A stretch of 64,000 bases of DNA. It comes from Candidatus Wolfebacteria bacterium. GTDB lineage: Bacteria > Patescibacteriota > Minisyncoccia > UBA6257 > UBA9933. How positions within the stretch are numbered: the first letter of the stretch is position 1; the number at the start of each line of letters is the position of its first letter. Positions 30,049 to 39,196 of this stretch are shown here, one piece after another. The translations under genes were made by a program, and so were the position numbers. Below the pieces are notes generated by a model that was given only the letters and a program-made list of their open reading frames with translations, was not told where the DNA came from and did not search any database. Location of the stretch: assembly GCA_024654025.1 (NCBI GenBank), contig JANLIR010000003.1, forward strand, positions 1,658-65,657. Direction: 5' to 3'.

Positions 30049-30070
30049 AAGGTTTTTTTGTATATAAGCA

Positions 30071-31804
30071 ATGGACAACAAAATTCTCATACAAGAATTG
30101 GTAAAAAATAATCTTTTAGAATCAAACGCCGGCACTAAGATTTTACAGGAGGCTTCTTTAATCAGGCGGCCAGTGGAGGAATTGATTTACGAGAGAAGGA
30201 TGGTGGGTGAAAAAGAATTGGCTCGTGTTAAAAGCAAGGCGTTAGGCATTCCTTATAAAGATATCGAGTCAAAAGATATAGGCGAGGATTTGCTAAAAAT
30301 TTTTCCCGAAGAAACAGCAAGGAATTATAAAACCATTCCCATAAGTTTAAAAGATAATCTTTTAATTGTTGGGATGATTAATCCAGATGACCAGACCGCC
30401 CAGGAAGCGGTCAAATTTGTAGCTAAACAAAAAAGGGTTAATTTGGGAGTTTATTTGATTTCACAATCGGTTTGGGAAGATGTGCTTAAAAAATATTCTC
30501 CTTATCGGAGTTTGATTGACGAAGCGACTAAAGCGTTGTCCAGCGCTTATAAAGACACTAGCCAATTCGTTCAATTGGAAGAAAAAATGAAAGGATCGGA
30601 TGAGGCGCCGATAATTAAAATAGTATCGTCTACTTTGAAAGAGGCGATTTGGGAAAAAGCGTCCGATATTCATATTGAGCCTCAAAGAAACAGATTAAGA
30701 ATCCGTTTTAGAATTAACGGCGAACTTCAGGAATCAGCTTCGCTTCCCATAGAACTTCATCAAGCGATAGTTTCAAGAGTTAAAATTTTATCTAATCTTA
30801 AAATTGATGAAAATAGAATTCCGCAAGATGGCAGATTTCGAACAATTCTTTCCGGGCGAGACATTGATTTTCGAGTAGCAACTTTTCCGACTCCGGTTGG
30901 CGAAAAGGTTGTTATCAGGGTGCTTGACCCTCTGGTTGGTTTAAGAGGCTTGGAAGAATTGGGTATTTCCGGAAGGAATCTTGAAATTGTCAAAGAAGGA
31001 ATTAAAAAACCTTACGGAATGATACTTTTGACCGGCCCTACCGGATCGGGAAAAACCACCACTTTGTATGCGATGATGCAGTTATTAAACAATGAATCGG
31101 TTAATATTGTCAGTTTGGAAGATCCTGTTGAATATTTTATAGACGGAATGAATCAATCGCAGGTAAAGCCGGAAATTGGCTATGATTTTGCTTCGGGGCT
31201 CCGGCAAATTTTAAGGCAAGACCCGGACGTAATAATGGTCGGTGAAATAAGAGACGACGAAACAGCCGGTTTGGCGGTTCACGCGGCTTTGACCGGACAT
31301 ATAGTTTTATCAACTTTGCACACCAATAATTCCATCGGCGTTATCCCGCGGCTTATCGATTTGAAAGTTAAAGCGTTTCTTTTGCCGTCTTCTTTGAATT
31401 TGATGGTGGCGCAAAGACTGCTTCCCAAGCTTTGCGATAACTGCAAAAAGCCGGAAAAAGCGCCTGAAGAAATAAGCAAGATTATTGAAAAGGAAATAGG
31501 TAAAATTTCCAAAGAAATTTTAGAGAAAAGTAAAGTGGAAATTTCTAAACCTTATAAGATTTACAAAGCGCCGGGTTGCGAGGTTTGCAAGGGTAAGGGC
31601 ATATCCGGCAGAGTGGCGATTTTTGAAATTTTAACAATGACGCCGGAATTGGAAGAAGTTATAAACAGCTCTCCGACTGAAACCAAAATATTGGATGAAT
31701 TTAGAAGACAGGGCAATGTTAATTTGCGGCAAGACGGAATTTTAAAAGCCCTTCAAGGACTCATGTCAATTGAAGAAGTGTTGAGGGAAACAGAGGAGGT
31801 GTGA
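30071..31804 (+). CDS. pilB: Type IV pilus extension ATPase PilB (GspE family)
   Basis: ASDIHIEP, PQDGR, GPTGSGKTTT, LRQDPD...GEIRD, TGH.VLSTLHTN, CxxC...CxxC. Confidence 0.93.
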   Translation: MDNKILIQELVKNNLLESNAGTKILQEASLIRRPVEELIYERRMVGEKELARVKSKALGIPYKDIESKDIGEDLLKIFPEETARNYKTIPISLKDNLLIVGMINPDDQTAQEAVKFVAKQKRVNLGVYLISQSVWEDVLKKYSPYRSLIDEATKALSSAYKDTSQFVQLEEKMKGSDEAPIIKIVSSTLKEAIWEKASDIHIEPQRNRLRIRFRINGELQESASLPIELHQAIVSRVKILSNLKIDENRIPQDGRFRTILSGRDIDFRVATFPTPVGEKVVIRVLDPLVGLRGLEELGISGRNLEIVKEGIKKPYGMILLTGPTGSGKTTTLYAMMQLLNNESVNIVSLEDPVEYFIDGMNQSQVKPEIGYDFASGLRQILRQDPDVIMVGEIRDDETAGLAVHAALTGHIVLSTLHTNNSIGVIPRLIDLKVKAFLLPSSLNLMVAQRLLPKLCDNCKKPEKAPEEISKIIEKEIGKISKEILEKSKVEISKPYKIYKAPGCEVCKGKGISGRVAIFEILTMTPELEEVINSSPTETKILDEFRRQGNVNLRQDGILKALQGLMSIEEVLRETEEV

Positions 31805-31839
31805 TATAATAAAATTAAAAGGTTGTAGGTTAATTTTTT

Positions 31840-32913
31840 ATGACTGATTATAAACAAAAATTAAATGAATTTTTATTGGCAGCGGCCAAGCAGAATGCGT
31901 CGGATTTGCATATAGGAGTTGGCCGGTATCCAACATTAAGAATAGACGATGTTTTGGTGCCGCTTCAAAAAGAGTCGCTTTTGACTCCGGAAAGCGCTGA
32001 AGGTTTGATAACGGCGCTTTTGACTCCCGAACAAAAAGAATATCTTTCCAAATACAGAGAAATAGATTTTTCTTATGGGTTTGAAGATAAAGCGCGATTT
32101 AGGGTTAATGTTTTTTATCAAAGAGGTTTTTTGGCCGCTGCTTTGAGGCTTATACCCTCGGTTGTTCGAAACGTGGAAGAATTGAATTTGCCGCCGATAC
32201 TTCATGATTTTACTAAGCTCTCGCAAGGGTTTTTCTTGGTTGTGGGTCCGGCAGGGCATGGAAAATCTACCACTCTAGCGGCTTTGATAGATGAAATTAA
32301 TCATTCTCGCACTGATCATATAATTACAATTGAAGATCCTATTGAATATATTTATGTTCAGGATAAATCTATTATTTCGCAAAGAGAAGTTGGTTCGGAC
32401 TCTTTAGATTTTTCCAATGCCTTAAAATCGCTTTTGAGGCAAGACCCTGACGTAGTAATGATAGGCGAAATGAGAGATCCGGAATCAATAGCAACCGCTA
32501 TGACTGCGGCGGAAACCGGACATTTGGTTTTTTCGACTTTACATACAAATTCCGCGTCGCAGACAATCGACAGAATAATTGACAGTTTTCCCGCTGAACA
32601 GCAAAATCAAGTTGCTTCGCAGCTGGCCTCGACGTTGGTGGGAATAATTTCCGAAAGATTGATTCCCAGAATTGACGGCGGAAGAATACCGGCTTGCGAA
32701 ATTATGATAGTTAATCCGGCGGTCAGAAATTTGATTCGGGAAAGGAAAACTTACCAAGTTGATCTTGTTATCGAAACGTCTGTTCAAGAAGGAATGATAA
32801 CTTTAAATCGTTTTTTGGCCGATTTGGTTAAAACAAAACAAATTTCTCTGGAAAACGCCGAGCTTTATTCGGTTAATCCGGGAGAGTTGAGGATACTTTT
32901 AGAGAGAAGCTAA
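31840..32913 (+). CDS. pilT: Type IV pilus retraction ATPase PilT
   Basis: ASDLH, GPAGHGKSTT, TIEDPIE, AETGHLVFSTLHTN, AVRNLIRE. Confidence 0.95.
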   Translation: MTDYKQKLNEFLLAAAKQNASDLHIGVGRYPTLRIDDVLVPLQKESLLTPESAEGLITALLTPEQKEYLSKYREIDFSYGFEDKARFRVNVFYQRGFLAAALRLIPSVVRNVEELNLPPILHDFTKLSQGFFLVVGPAGHGKSTTLAALIDEINHSRTDHIITIEDPIEYIYVQDKSIISQREVGSDSLDFSNALKSLLRQDPDVVMIGEMRDPESIATAMTAAETGHLVFSTLHTNSASQTIDRIIDSFPAEQQNQVASQLASTLVGIISERLIPRIDGGRIPACEIMIVNPAVRNLIRERKTYQVDLVIETSVQEGMITLNRFLADLVKTKQISLENAELYSVNPGELRILLERS

Positions 32914-32919
32914 ATGACG

Positions 32920-32945
32920 TCCGCCGTCGCCAAGGCTTTGGCGGA
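32920..32945. repeat. 26-nt hairpin repeat (second copy in-frame in nusA 4001-4026)
   Basis: TCCGCC-GTCGCCAAGGCTTT-GGCGGA vs CCCTCC-GTCGCTGAGGTTTT-GGAGGG. Confidence 0.55.
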
Positions 32946-32986
32946 TGCTCATTTTATAGATAAATTTCTGAATAAATTTATATAAA

Positions 32987-34204
32987 ATGGCAAAGTTTAA
33001 ATACAAGGCGCGAACTAAAGAAGGGGAGCTCCAAGTCGGTTATGTGGAGTCTTTTAATAAAGAAGGCGCTACAAATATTTTAACCTCCCATAACCTTTTT
33101 ATTTTAAGCATTGAAAATGCCGAGGTTGTTACTTGGTATGAGCGGTTTTTGGAAATTTTCAAAAAAGTAAAACAGCGCGATCTGATGGTTTTTAGCCGGC
33201 AACTGTCGCTACTTATGGAATCAAAAGTCCCGCTTTTAGATTCTCTAAAAAGTTTATACGAACAAACGTCCAGTGGTTTTTTCAAGGATATTATTTACGA
33301 AGTTCAAAGAGACGTAGAGGCGGGCCTTTCTTTGTCGCAGGCCTTGGCAAAACACAATAAAGCCTTCAGTGAATTTTTTGTAAGCATAATTCGTTCCGCT
33401 GAAGTTACCGGCCAATTAGAAGAGGCGGCGCTTTTTTTGGCCGATTATATTGAAAAAGAAAGTATATGGCGTTCTAAAATAATAAACGCTTTAATTTATC
33501 CTATTTTTCTAATCGTTAGTTTTTTCGCCGTGGTTATTTTGATGGTGACGGTGGTTTTCCCGAAAATCTTGCCGGTTTTTGAAGAGATGAATGTTCAGCT
33601 TCCGATTTATACCAGAATAATTTTAGGCAGTGGAACTTTTTTGTTGAATTGGTGGTGGGCGATATTGGTGGTTATTATCCCTTTTATTTTCTTTCTTATT
33701 GATTATGCAAGAACCAAAGAAGGAAAAGTTGTTATTAACGAAACATTACTTAGAATTCCGGTACTGGGAGAGCTTTATAGAAAACTTTATGTGGCGAGAT
33801 TCGCCGAGTCGCTAAGCGTTCTTCTTAAAGGCGGAGTGCCCGTTGCTCAGTCATTGGAAATAACTTCTCATTCTATCGGGAGCTATGTTTATAGGGATTT
33901 AATCCATAAAGTTGCGGAAAAAGTCAGGGAAGGGGAGCTTTTGTCGGAAATTATGAAGAGGGAATTTTATTATTTTCCAATATTAGTGAGTCAAATGGTG
34001 GCGGTTGGGGAAAAAACCGGAAGAATAGAGGAAATCCTTTCAAAAATCGCCGTGTTTTATAACCGAGAAGTTGAGGATCTTTTAAACCGTTTGGCGGAAT
34101 TAATTCAGCCGTTTTTAATAGCCATTATAGGTATTTTTATAGCAATTTTGTTTGCTTCCGTGATGATGCCATTGTTTAATTTGATGCAGGGATTCAGGTT
34201 ATGA
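32987..34204 (+). CDS. pilC: Type IV pilus platform protein PilC (GspF family)
   Basis: F.RQL..L....VPL, E.TG.L, ALIYP, QMV.VGE.TG. Confidence 0.93.
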   Translation: MAKFKYKARTKEGELQVGYVESFNKEGATNILTSHNLFILSIENAEVVTWYERFLEIFKKVKQRDLMVFSRQLSLLMESKVPLLDSLKSLYEQTSSGFFKDIIYEVQRDVEAGLSLSQALAKHNKAFSEFFVSIIRSAEVTGQLEEAALFLADYIEKESIWRSKIINALIYPIFLIVSFFAVVILMVTVVFPKILPVFEEMNVQLPIYTRIILGSGTFLLNWWWAILVVIIPFIFFLIDYARTKEGKVVINETLLRIPVLGELYRKLYVARFAESLSVLLKGGVPVAQSLEITSHSIGSYVYRDLIHKVAEKVREGELLSEIMKREFYYFPILVSQMVAVGEKTGRIEEILSKIAVFYNREVEDLLNRLAELIQPFLIAIIGIFIAILFASVMMPLFNLMQGFRL

Positions 34205-34296
34205 GGATGTTGATAAGTTGATTTGTCGTAATCGTTAAATGGCGGTAATATTAATTTAATAGGAAAGGTCGAGAATTGAAGTCTAACTATTTTAAA

Positions 34297-34806
34297 ATGA
34301 ACAGAAAAGGTTTTACATTAATTGAATTATTAATTGTTATTGCGGTTATCGGGATTTTAGCGGGTGTTTTCTTTATCGGCGTGACTGGATTTCGAAACAG
34401 CGCTTTGGACGCAAGAAGAGTGGCGGATTTGAAAAATGTCCAAAATTCTTTAGAACTTTATTATTCAAAGTGCCGATTGTACCCAAATGCAACGGTTTCT
34501 GGGGCTAACTGCCCGAGTGGGACGGGAAATAGCCCGGCTAGCTACGCGGATCTTGTTACTATTTTGAGGGCTGCGCAAATAGGCATAACAGCAGTTCCGA
34601 ACGATCCGGTTTCCGGACAAACATACGACTATATTGCCGATGGGTCCAATTATGTTTTGTCGGCAACGCTTTCAGGAGATCGCGATGTGTTAAGAGACGC
34701 GGCGGCAGTAAGGGGAACTCAGACAATTGGCGGCAGAACAATCAATTGTTATTTGGATTCCAACACGCCGAATAGCTATACTTATTGCCTTGGAGGAATG
34801 AGATAG
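34297..34806 (+). CDS. Type IV pilin (probable major pilin)
   Basis: RKG|FTLIELLIVIAVIGIL N-methylation motif. Confidence 0.9.
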   Translation: MNRKGFTLIELLIVIAVIGILAGVFFIGVTGFRNSALDARRVADLKNVQNSLELYYSKCRLYPNATVSGANCPSGTGNSPASYADLVTILRAAQIGITAVPNDPVSGQTYDYIADGSNYVLSATLSGDRDVLRDAAAVRGTQTIGGRTINCYLDSNTPNSYTYCLGGMR

Positions 34807-34828
34807 TTTAGTTTGTTAGTTTAGAAAA

Positions 34829-35728
34829 ATGAATTTTTTGCTCAATTCAATTCTTTTTTTAGCAGGTATATCTGTTGGAAGTTTTATAAATGTAATTTCC
34901 TTAAGATATAATCCTGAAGAAAAAATTTTGAGTAAACGAACAATAGGCGGCCGATCTCGCTGTCCTTATTGCCATAAAGAGCTTAGGTGGTTTGAATTGA
35001 TTCCGTTACTAAGCTTTTTGTGGCAAAAAGGGAAATGCCGAGGATGCGGCCGCTTTTTGTTTTGGCAATACCCAGTTGTGGAAATTTTAAGCGGTTTAAT
35101 CTTTTTGCTTGTCCCGCTTAAAATTTTCAATTTTAAATTTTCAATTTTAAATTTTCAAACAATTTTAAATTACCAATTATTAATTACTGTTATTTGGGTT
35201 TTAATTTTTTTAATCTTTCTCCTAATTTCAATAATAGATTTTCGACACTATATAATTCCAGACCAATTGAATTTATCCCTTGCGTTTATTGGATTTTTTT
35301 TTCTTATTCTAAACCAATTTACTAATTTGCCAATCAGCCAATTAACTAACCCAGTTTCTTTTCTTGGGTATTATGGCGCTTTAATAAATCCATTTTCTAA
35401 TATTTGGGTAAATCATTTTTTTGCCGCTTTTATAGCGATGTTTTTTTTCGGGGCAATAATTCTTTTGACTCGCGGAAAAGGAATGGGCTGGGGAGATTTT
35501 AAACTTGCGGGCGCTCTGGGGTTGATTTTCGGTTGGCCCGATATTTTGATTGCCGTTATGCTTTCTTTTGTTATCGGATCAATAATAAGCATTGTTTTGA
35601 TGCTAAAAAGAAAAAAAACAATGAAAGACGCGGTGCCGTTCGGGCCATTTTTGGTAATCGGCGCGACGACGGTGTTTTTCTTTGGTTATCAGTTGGTTAA
35701 TCTTTATTTTAAGCTTTTTATAAGCTAA
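34829..35728 (+). CDS. pilD: Prepilin peptidase/methylase
   Basis: GSF.NV...R, RSRCPYC, GKCRGC, IIDF.HYIIPD, GMG.GDFKL, PFGPFL. Confidence 0.93.
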   Translation: MNFLLNSILFLAGISVGSFINVISLRYNPEEKILSKRTIGGRSRCPYCHKELRWFELIPLLSFLWQKGKCRGCGRFLFWQYPVVEILSGLIFLLVPLKIFNFKFSILNFQTILNYQLLITVIWVLIFLIFLLISIIDFRHYIIPDQLNLSLAFIGFFFLILNQFTNLPISQLTNPVSFLGYYGALINPFSNIWVNHFFAAFIAMFFFGAIILLTRGKGMGWGDFKLAGALGLIFGWPDILIAVMLSFVIGSIISIVLMLKRKKTMKDAVPFGPFLVIGATTVFFFGYQLVNLYFKLFIS

Positions 35729-35773
35729 GCTTATTAGTAATGGTAAATTTGCGATCTAAAAACGGAGGGTTCA

Positions 35774-35905
35774 CCCCGCACCTTTGGAGGATCGCGAAGC
35801 AATAAAAGTTTACCATTTTATTAAAAATTGATGCGCCATTTCAAATTGGAAATTGATATTATTAAGGTATCTTCGAATAAAATTAAATCCTCCAAAGGTG
35901 CGGGG
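35774..35905. mobile_element. 132-bp MITE inserted at prepilin G|FT site, TTCA duplication
   Basis: TIR CCCCGCACCTTTGGAGGAT / ATCCTCCAAAGGTGCGGGG; TTCA at 35770-35773 and 35906-35909. Confidence 0.8.
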
Positions 35906-36436
35906 TTCACCTATTTAGAGATGCTTATTGTTATAGCGATTATTATACTGTTCGCCTCATTTATAATAACTTATAACCACGTTTCAGAGCGGCAGCTTAT
36001 TTTAGTTAAAGATCAAGCGATAATTTTAGGCGCTTTGCAGAAAGCAAAGGCCAGCGCTTTGGCTACTTTCAGCGAAGTGGGAATTTCGTGCGGATTCGGA
36101 GTTCATTTTTCAAGTTCAACAATTCCCAATCAAATTGTTATTTATAAAAATATACCGCAGACAACAAGCACGAACTCATTAGCTCTTTGTTTGGCCATGG
36201 ATCACTCTTATCAACCGACTATTTTGAGTTCGACAACGGAAATAATTTATCTGGACAAAGATATTAGGTTTAAAAGCGTTAGTTCAACCGATATATTTTT
36301 TGTACCGCCCGACCCGACAATATTTATAGACAACAGTTCTTCTACGCCGGCAAGCACAATTGAAATCGAAACAATAGACGGTTTGGCTACAAAAGCAGTG
36401 AAGGTCAGTAATTTTGGACAAATAACCATTAAATGA
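35831..36436 (+). CDS. Minor pilin (leader supplied by inserted element; ancestral start at 35740)
   Basis: AG|FTYLEMLIVIAII motif. Confidence 0.8.
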   Translation: MRHFKLEIDIIKVSSNKIKSSKGAGFTYLEMLIVIAIIILFASFIITYNHVSERQLILVKDQAIILGALQKAKASALATFSEVGISCGFGVHFSSSTIPNQIVIYKNIPQTTSTNSLALCLAMDHSYQPTILSSTTEIIYLDKDIRFKSVSSTDIFFVPPDPTIFIDNSSSTPASTIEIETIDGLATKAVKVSNFGQITIK

Positions 36437-36993
36437 AAAAAAATAAAAAACAAAAAGGTTATTTGCTTATTGAGTTGATGGTGGCGATTTCGGTTTTTGT
36501 AATCGGTGTTTTGGGTTTTGTGGGGCTTCTCTCTAACTCATTATCTTTAAACAGGGAAGTTGCTGATAAGTTTACCGCCAATTATTTGGCTGCCGAAGGA
36601 ATTGAGCTTACTAAAAATTTAATTGACGCAAATATTTTAGGAAGCGTTTCCGGTTTAAATCCGTGGAATGACGGGTTTGCCGGAGATTTTTCCAGACAAC
36701 GAGATTGTTTTGAGGTTGATTATACAAATGACCGTAACGATGTTCGGCCGATCTCTCCCTGTAATATTAATACTACCGCGCGTGAATATTTAAGATTTTC
36801 TTCTTCTACCGGCTATACTTATTCGTCTGGAAATTTTACGCCATTTAGGCGGTTAATCAGAGCATCGCGTCAGGGAGGCGGTCCTGTAGTGGGAGATAAT
36901 TATATAAAAGTTGATTCTATTGTGACGTGGCAAGGCAGAGGCGGCAGTTTAAATGAAATAAAATTGGAAGATTATTTTTTCAATTCAAAATAA
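36433..36993 (+). CDS. Minor pilin (PilV-like)
   Basis: KG|YLLIELMVAISV motif. Confidence 0.85.
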   Translation: MKKNKKQKGYLLIELMVAISVFVIGVLGFVGLLSNSLSLNREVADKFTANYLAAEGIELTKNLIDANILGSVSGLNPWNDGFAGDFSRQRDCFEVDYTNDRNDVRPISPCNINTTAREYLRFSSSTGYTYSSGNFTPFRRLIRASRQGGGPVVGDNYIKVDSIVTWQGRGGSLNEIKLEDYFFNSK

Positions 36994-37007
36994 TCTAATT
37001 TATTAAA

Positions 37008-37646
37008 ATGAAGATTTTTTTCGACAGATTGGATAATAAAGGAGTTTCGCTTATTGAGCTGATGGTGGCGGTTTCGGTTTTTATTGTTTTAATCAGCATC
37101 GCGGTCGGTTCTTTTGTGCAATCAATGAAGACCCAAAGAATCACGCTTGCTCTAATTTCTGCCAATGACAGTATGAATTTATCAGTTGAGCAAATGGCAA
37201 GGGAAATAAGGACCGGCTATATTTTTTGCACGCGACATGTTGGCGCCGCGACTACTACTGATTTGGGTTGCGGAAATTTAGCGGATTTTTCCGGTGACTA
37301 CGAAGTTCAATTTGTAAATGCCAACGGAATTTTTGTCAGATACCGGCTGAATAACAGCACCTTCGCTTTGGAAAAAGGCGTTTTTGATTCAATTTGTCTT
37401 GGCGGGTTATTAAATTCCGACGGATTTTGTTATAGACCCATTACTGCCGACAATGTTAAGGTTGCTGGGTTTGTAGTGGAGCTTAGGCATGCGGATACAG
37501 AGCCGAATCCTTATTCGCCCCGAGTTACTTTAATAATGAGCGTTACAAGCAAAGAACCGGATGTCGAGCCGCTAAATATTTTTACTGATATAGAAACGAG
37601 CATCAGTCCGAGATGCGGACAAAATGGATGCCCGTCGGATATATAA
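37008..37646 (+). CDS. Minor pilin (PilW-like)
   Basis: KG|VSLIELMVAVSV; EQMAREIRTG. Confidence 0.85.
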   Translation: MKIFFDRLDNKGVSLIELMVAVSVFIVLISIAVGSFVQSMKTQRITLALISANDSMNLSVEQMAREIRTGYIFCTRHVGAATTTDLGCGNLADFSGDYEVQFVNANGIFVRYRLNNSTFALEKGVFDSICLGGLLNSDGFCYRPITADNVKVAGFVVELRHADTEPNPYSPRVTLIMSVTSKEPDVEPLNIFTDIETSISPRCGQNGCPSDI

Positions 37647-37874
37647 GGGCTTTGTCTAAATTTTGGAGTTATCTAAACGAACAAAATTTAGAAACAAAAC
37701 CTTACCCCGCACCTTTTGGTGCAAAGATTATGCAAATACAAAACATAAAGACGAAGTCGCCTGCGGCTCAAATTAGATGTAATATAAAGTCTGTGCTGCA
37801 AAAGGTGCGGGGTGCTCATAATTGTAGTGAAATTTTATTCGCTACTAATGAGCTCTAAAATTTTAACAATTATG
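37644..37874. repeat. Three-hairpin composite element, copy A (copy B at 52153-52508)
   Basis: TAAGGGCTTTGT..ACAAAACCTTA, CCCCGC..GCGGGG, TRCTCA, TCGCTAC hairpin shared with copy B. Confidence 0.75.
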
Positions 37875-38246
37875 GCAAAAAATCAAAAAGGACAGGTGAT
37901 ACTACTAACTCTTTTATTTATAGGAAGCAGTATTTTAATTTTTTCGACAATTGCCGGTTATATGATGATTCAAAGAATACGAGCTTCTTCCGACACGATG
38001 GACTCAACCAAAGCTATTTTTGCGGCTGATAGCGGAGTGGAGTGCATGCTTTTTAAATACGCGAGCACAACCGAAAACAGAAGCAATTTAAATTGCAATA
38101 CAGCAAGCAGCGGGTTTCTTTCTTTTGACGATAATTTTGTAAGCGCTTATACCGAAATTGCTTCCTCGTCGGTTGGATCTTCTTCTTATATTAAATCAGT
38201 AGGCACTTCTAATCGGTCAAAAAGAGCTTTCTACTTGAGTTTTTAA
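37872..38246 (+). CDS. Minor pilin (PilX-like)
   Basis: QKG|QVILLTLL, A.FAADSGVEC. Confidence 0.8.
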   Translation: MAKNQKGQVILLTLLFIGSSILIFSTIAGYMMIQRIRASSDTMDSTKAIFAADSGVECMLFKYASTTENRSNLNCNTASSGFLSFDDNFVSAYTEIASSSVGSSSYIKSVGTSNRSKRAFYLSF

Positions 38247-38278
38247 GGTTTGACGGGATTATTTGAGGCAGGGGCTTG

Positions 38279-38428
38279 CCCCGTTAGTGAGTTCTCGGCT
38301 TATTGAATTTTTTGTTTATCTAAAATAGCTAAGTTTCAAATCTTTGAAAGTCGATTTGCGTTGTTTTAATAAGCTAAATTCAATTTCGCCCCTTAAAGGG
38401 GCGAAAATAGCCGAGCTCTACTACGGGG
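38279..38428. mobile_element. 150-bp MITE at the -35 box of the r-protein operon promoter, CTTG duplication
   Basis: Imperfect TIR CCCCGTTAGTGAGTTCTCGGCT / AGCCGAGCTCTACTACGGGG; CTTG at 38275-38278 and 38429-38432. Confidence 0.7.
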
Positions 38429-38429
38429 C

Positions 38430-38457
38430 TTGATTTTTATTGTAAGTATTATACAAT
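38430..38457 (+). promoter_or_regulatory. Probable promoter of rplC operon
   Basis: TTGATT -16 bp- TACAAT followed by a structured ~130-nt leader. Confidence 0.55.
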
Positions 38458-38594
38458 CTTAGAACTCAAATGATTTAATAATTCGCCGACTGGTGGATTG
38501 GTAAAGTTGAGTCCTGCGCTTGATTAAATGCGCAAGGAAAAAGGTTTAGCCGCGAAATTTAAGAGGGGGGCTAAATCCCTCTTTTTAATTGCTT

Positions 38595-39194
38595 ATGAAA
38601 TTCATTTTGGGGAAAAAATTGAAAATGAGCCAGCTGTGGAAAGGTGATAAGGTTGTACCGATAACCGTTATCCAGTCAGGTCCTAATGCCATAATTGGTT
38701 TGCGAACTAAGGGGAAAGATGGTTATGAAGCTGTTCAAGTTGGTTTTGTGGGAAAAAAGAAGCGGTCAAAAAATTCGCCTGTTTTCAGGCACATTAAAGA
38801 ATTTCGCGCCAGAACTTCCAAGGCCAGCGATGTTATAAGTCAATTAAAAACCGGCGATATTTTGAGTGTCGACCAATTTGAAGAAGGTCAGAAAATAGAA
38901 GTTAGCGGTTTGAATAAGGGAAGAGGATTTCAAGGAACAGTAAAAAGGCATGGGTTTGCCGGAGGACCGAAAACCCACGGCCAAAAAAACAGACACAGAG
39001 CACCCGGTTCAATCGGCGCCACAGCGCCTCAAAGAGTTTTGCCAGGCAGGCGAATGGCCGGAAGAATGGGGAGCGAGCGGGTGACTGTTAAAAATTTAAC
39101 AGTAGCCGGCATTGATAAAGAGAAAAATCAGATTTTTATAAAAGGCGCGGTTCCGGGCATGAACGGAACGCTGGTTGAAATAAGAGGCAATTGA
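38595..39194 (+). CDS. rplC: 50S ribosomal protein L3
   Basis: DGYEAVQVG, KGRGFQG.VKRHGF, HG...HRAPGSIG, MAGRMG, KGAVPG. Confidence 0.97.
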   Translation: MKFILGKKLKMSQLWKGDKVVPITVIQSGPNAIIGLRTKGKDGYEAVQVGFVGKKKRSKNSPVFRHIKEFRARTSKASDVISQLKTGDILSVDQFEEGQKIEVSGLNKGRGFQGTVKRHGFAGGPKTHGQKNRHRAPGSIGATAPQRVLPGRRMAGRMGSERVTVKNLTVAGIDKEKNQIFIKGAVPGMNGTLVEIRGN

Positions 39195-39196
39195 AT

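Noticed and set aside
29920-30111. 63-aa ORF, and also 37613-37858, 43276-43776 and 52206-52394
   Set aside because: They lie in palindromic elements or are shadows of real genes; no protein-like features.
37644-37874. Group I or group II intron identity for the three-hairpin scaffold
   Set aside because: I recognised no P7 core, domain V or GUGYG/AY boundaries by eye; an Infernal search is needed to exclude this fully.
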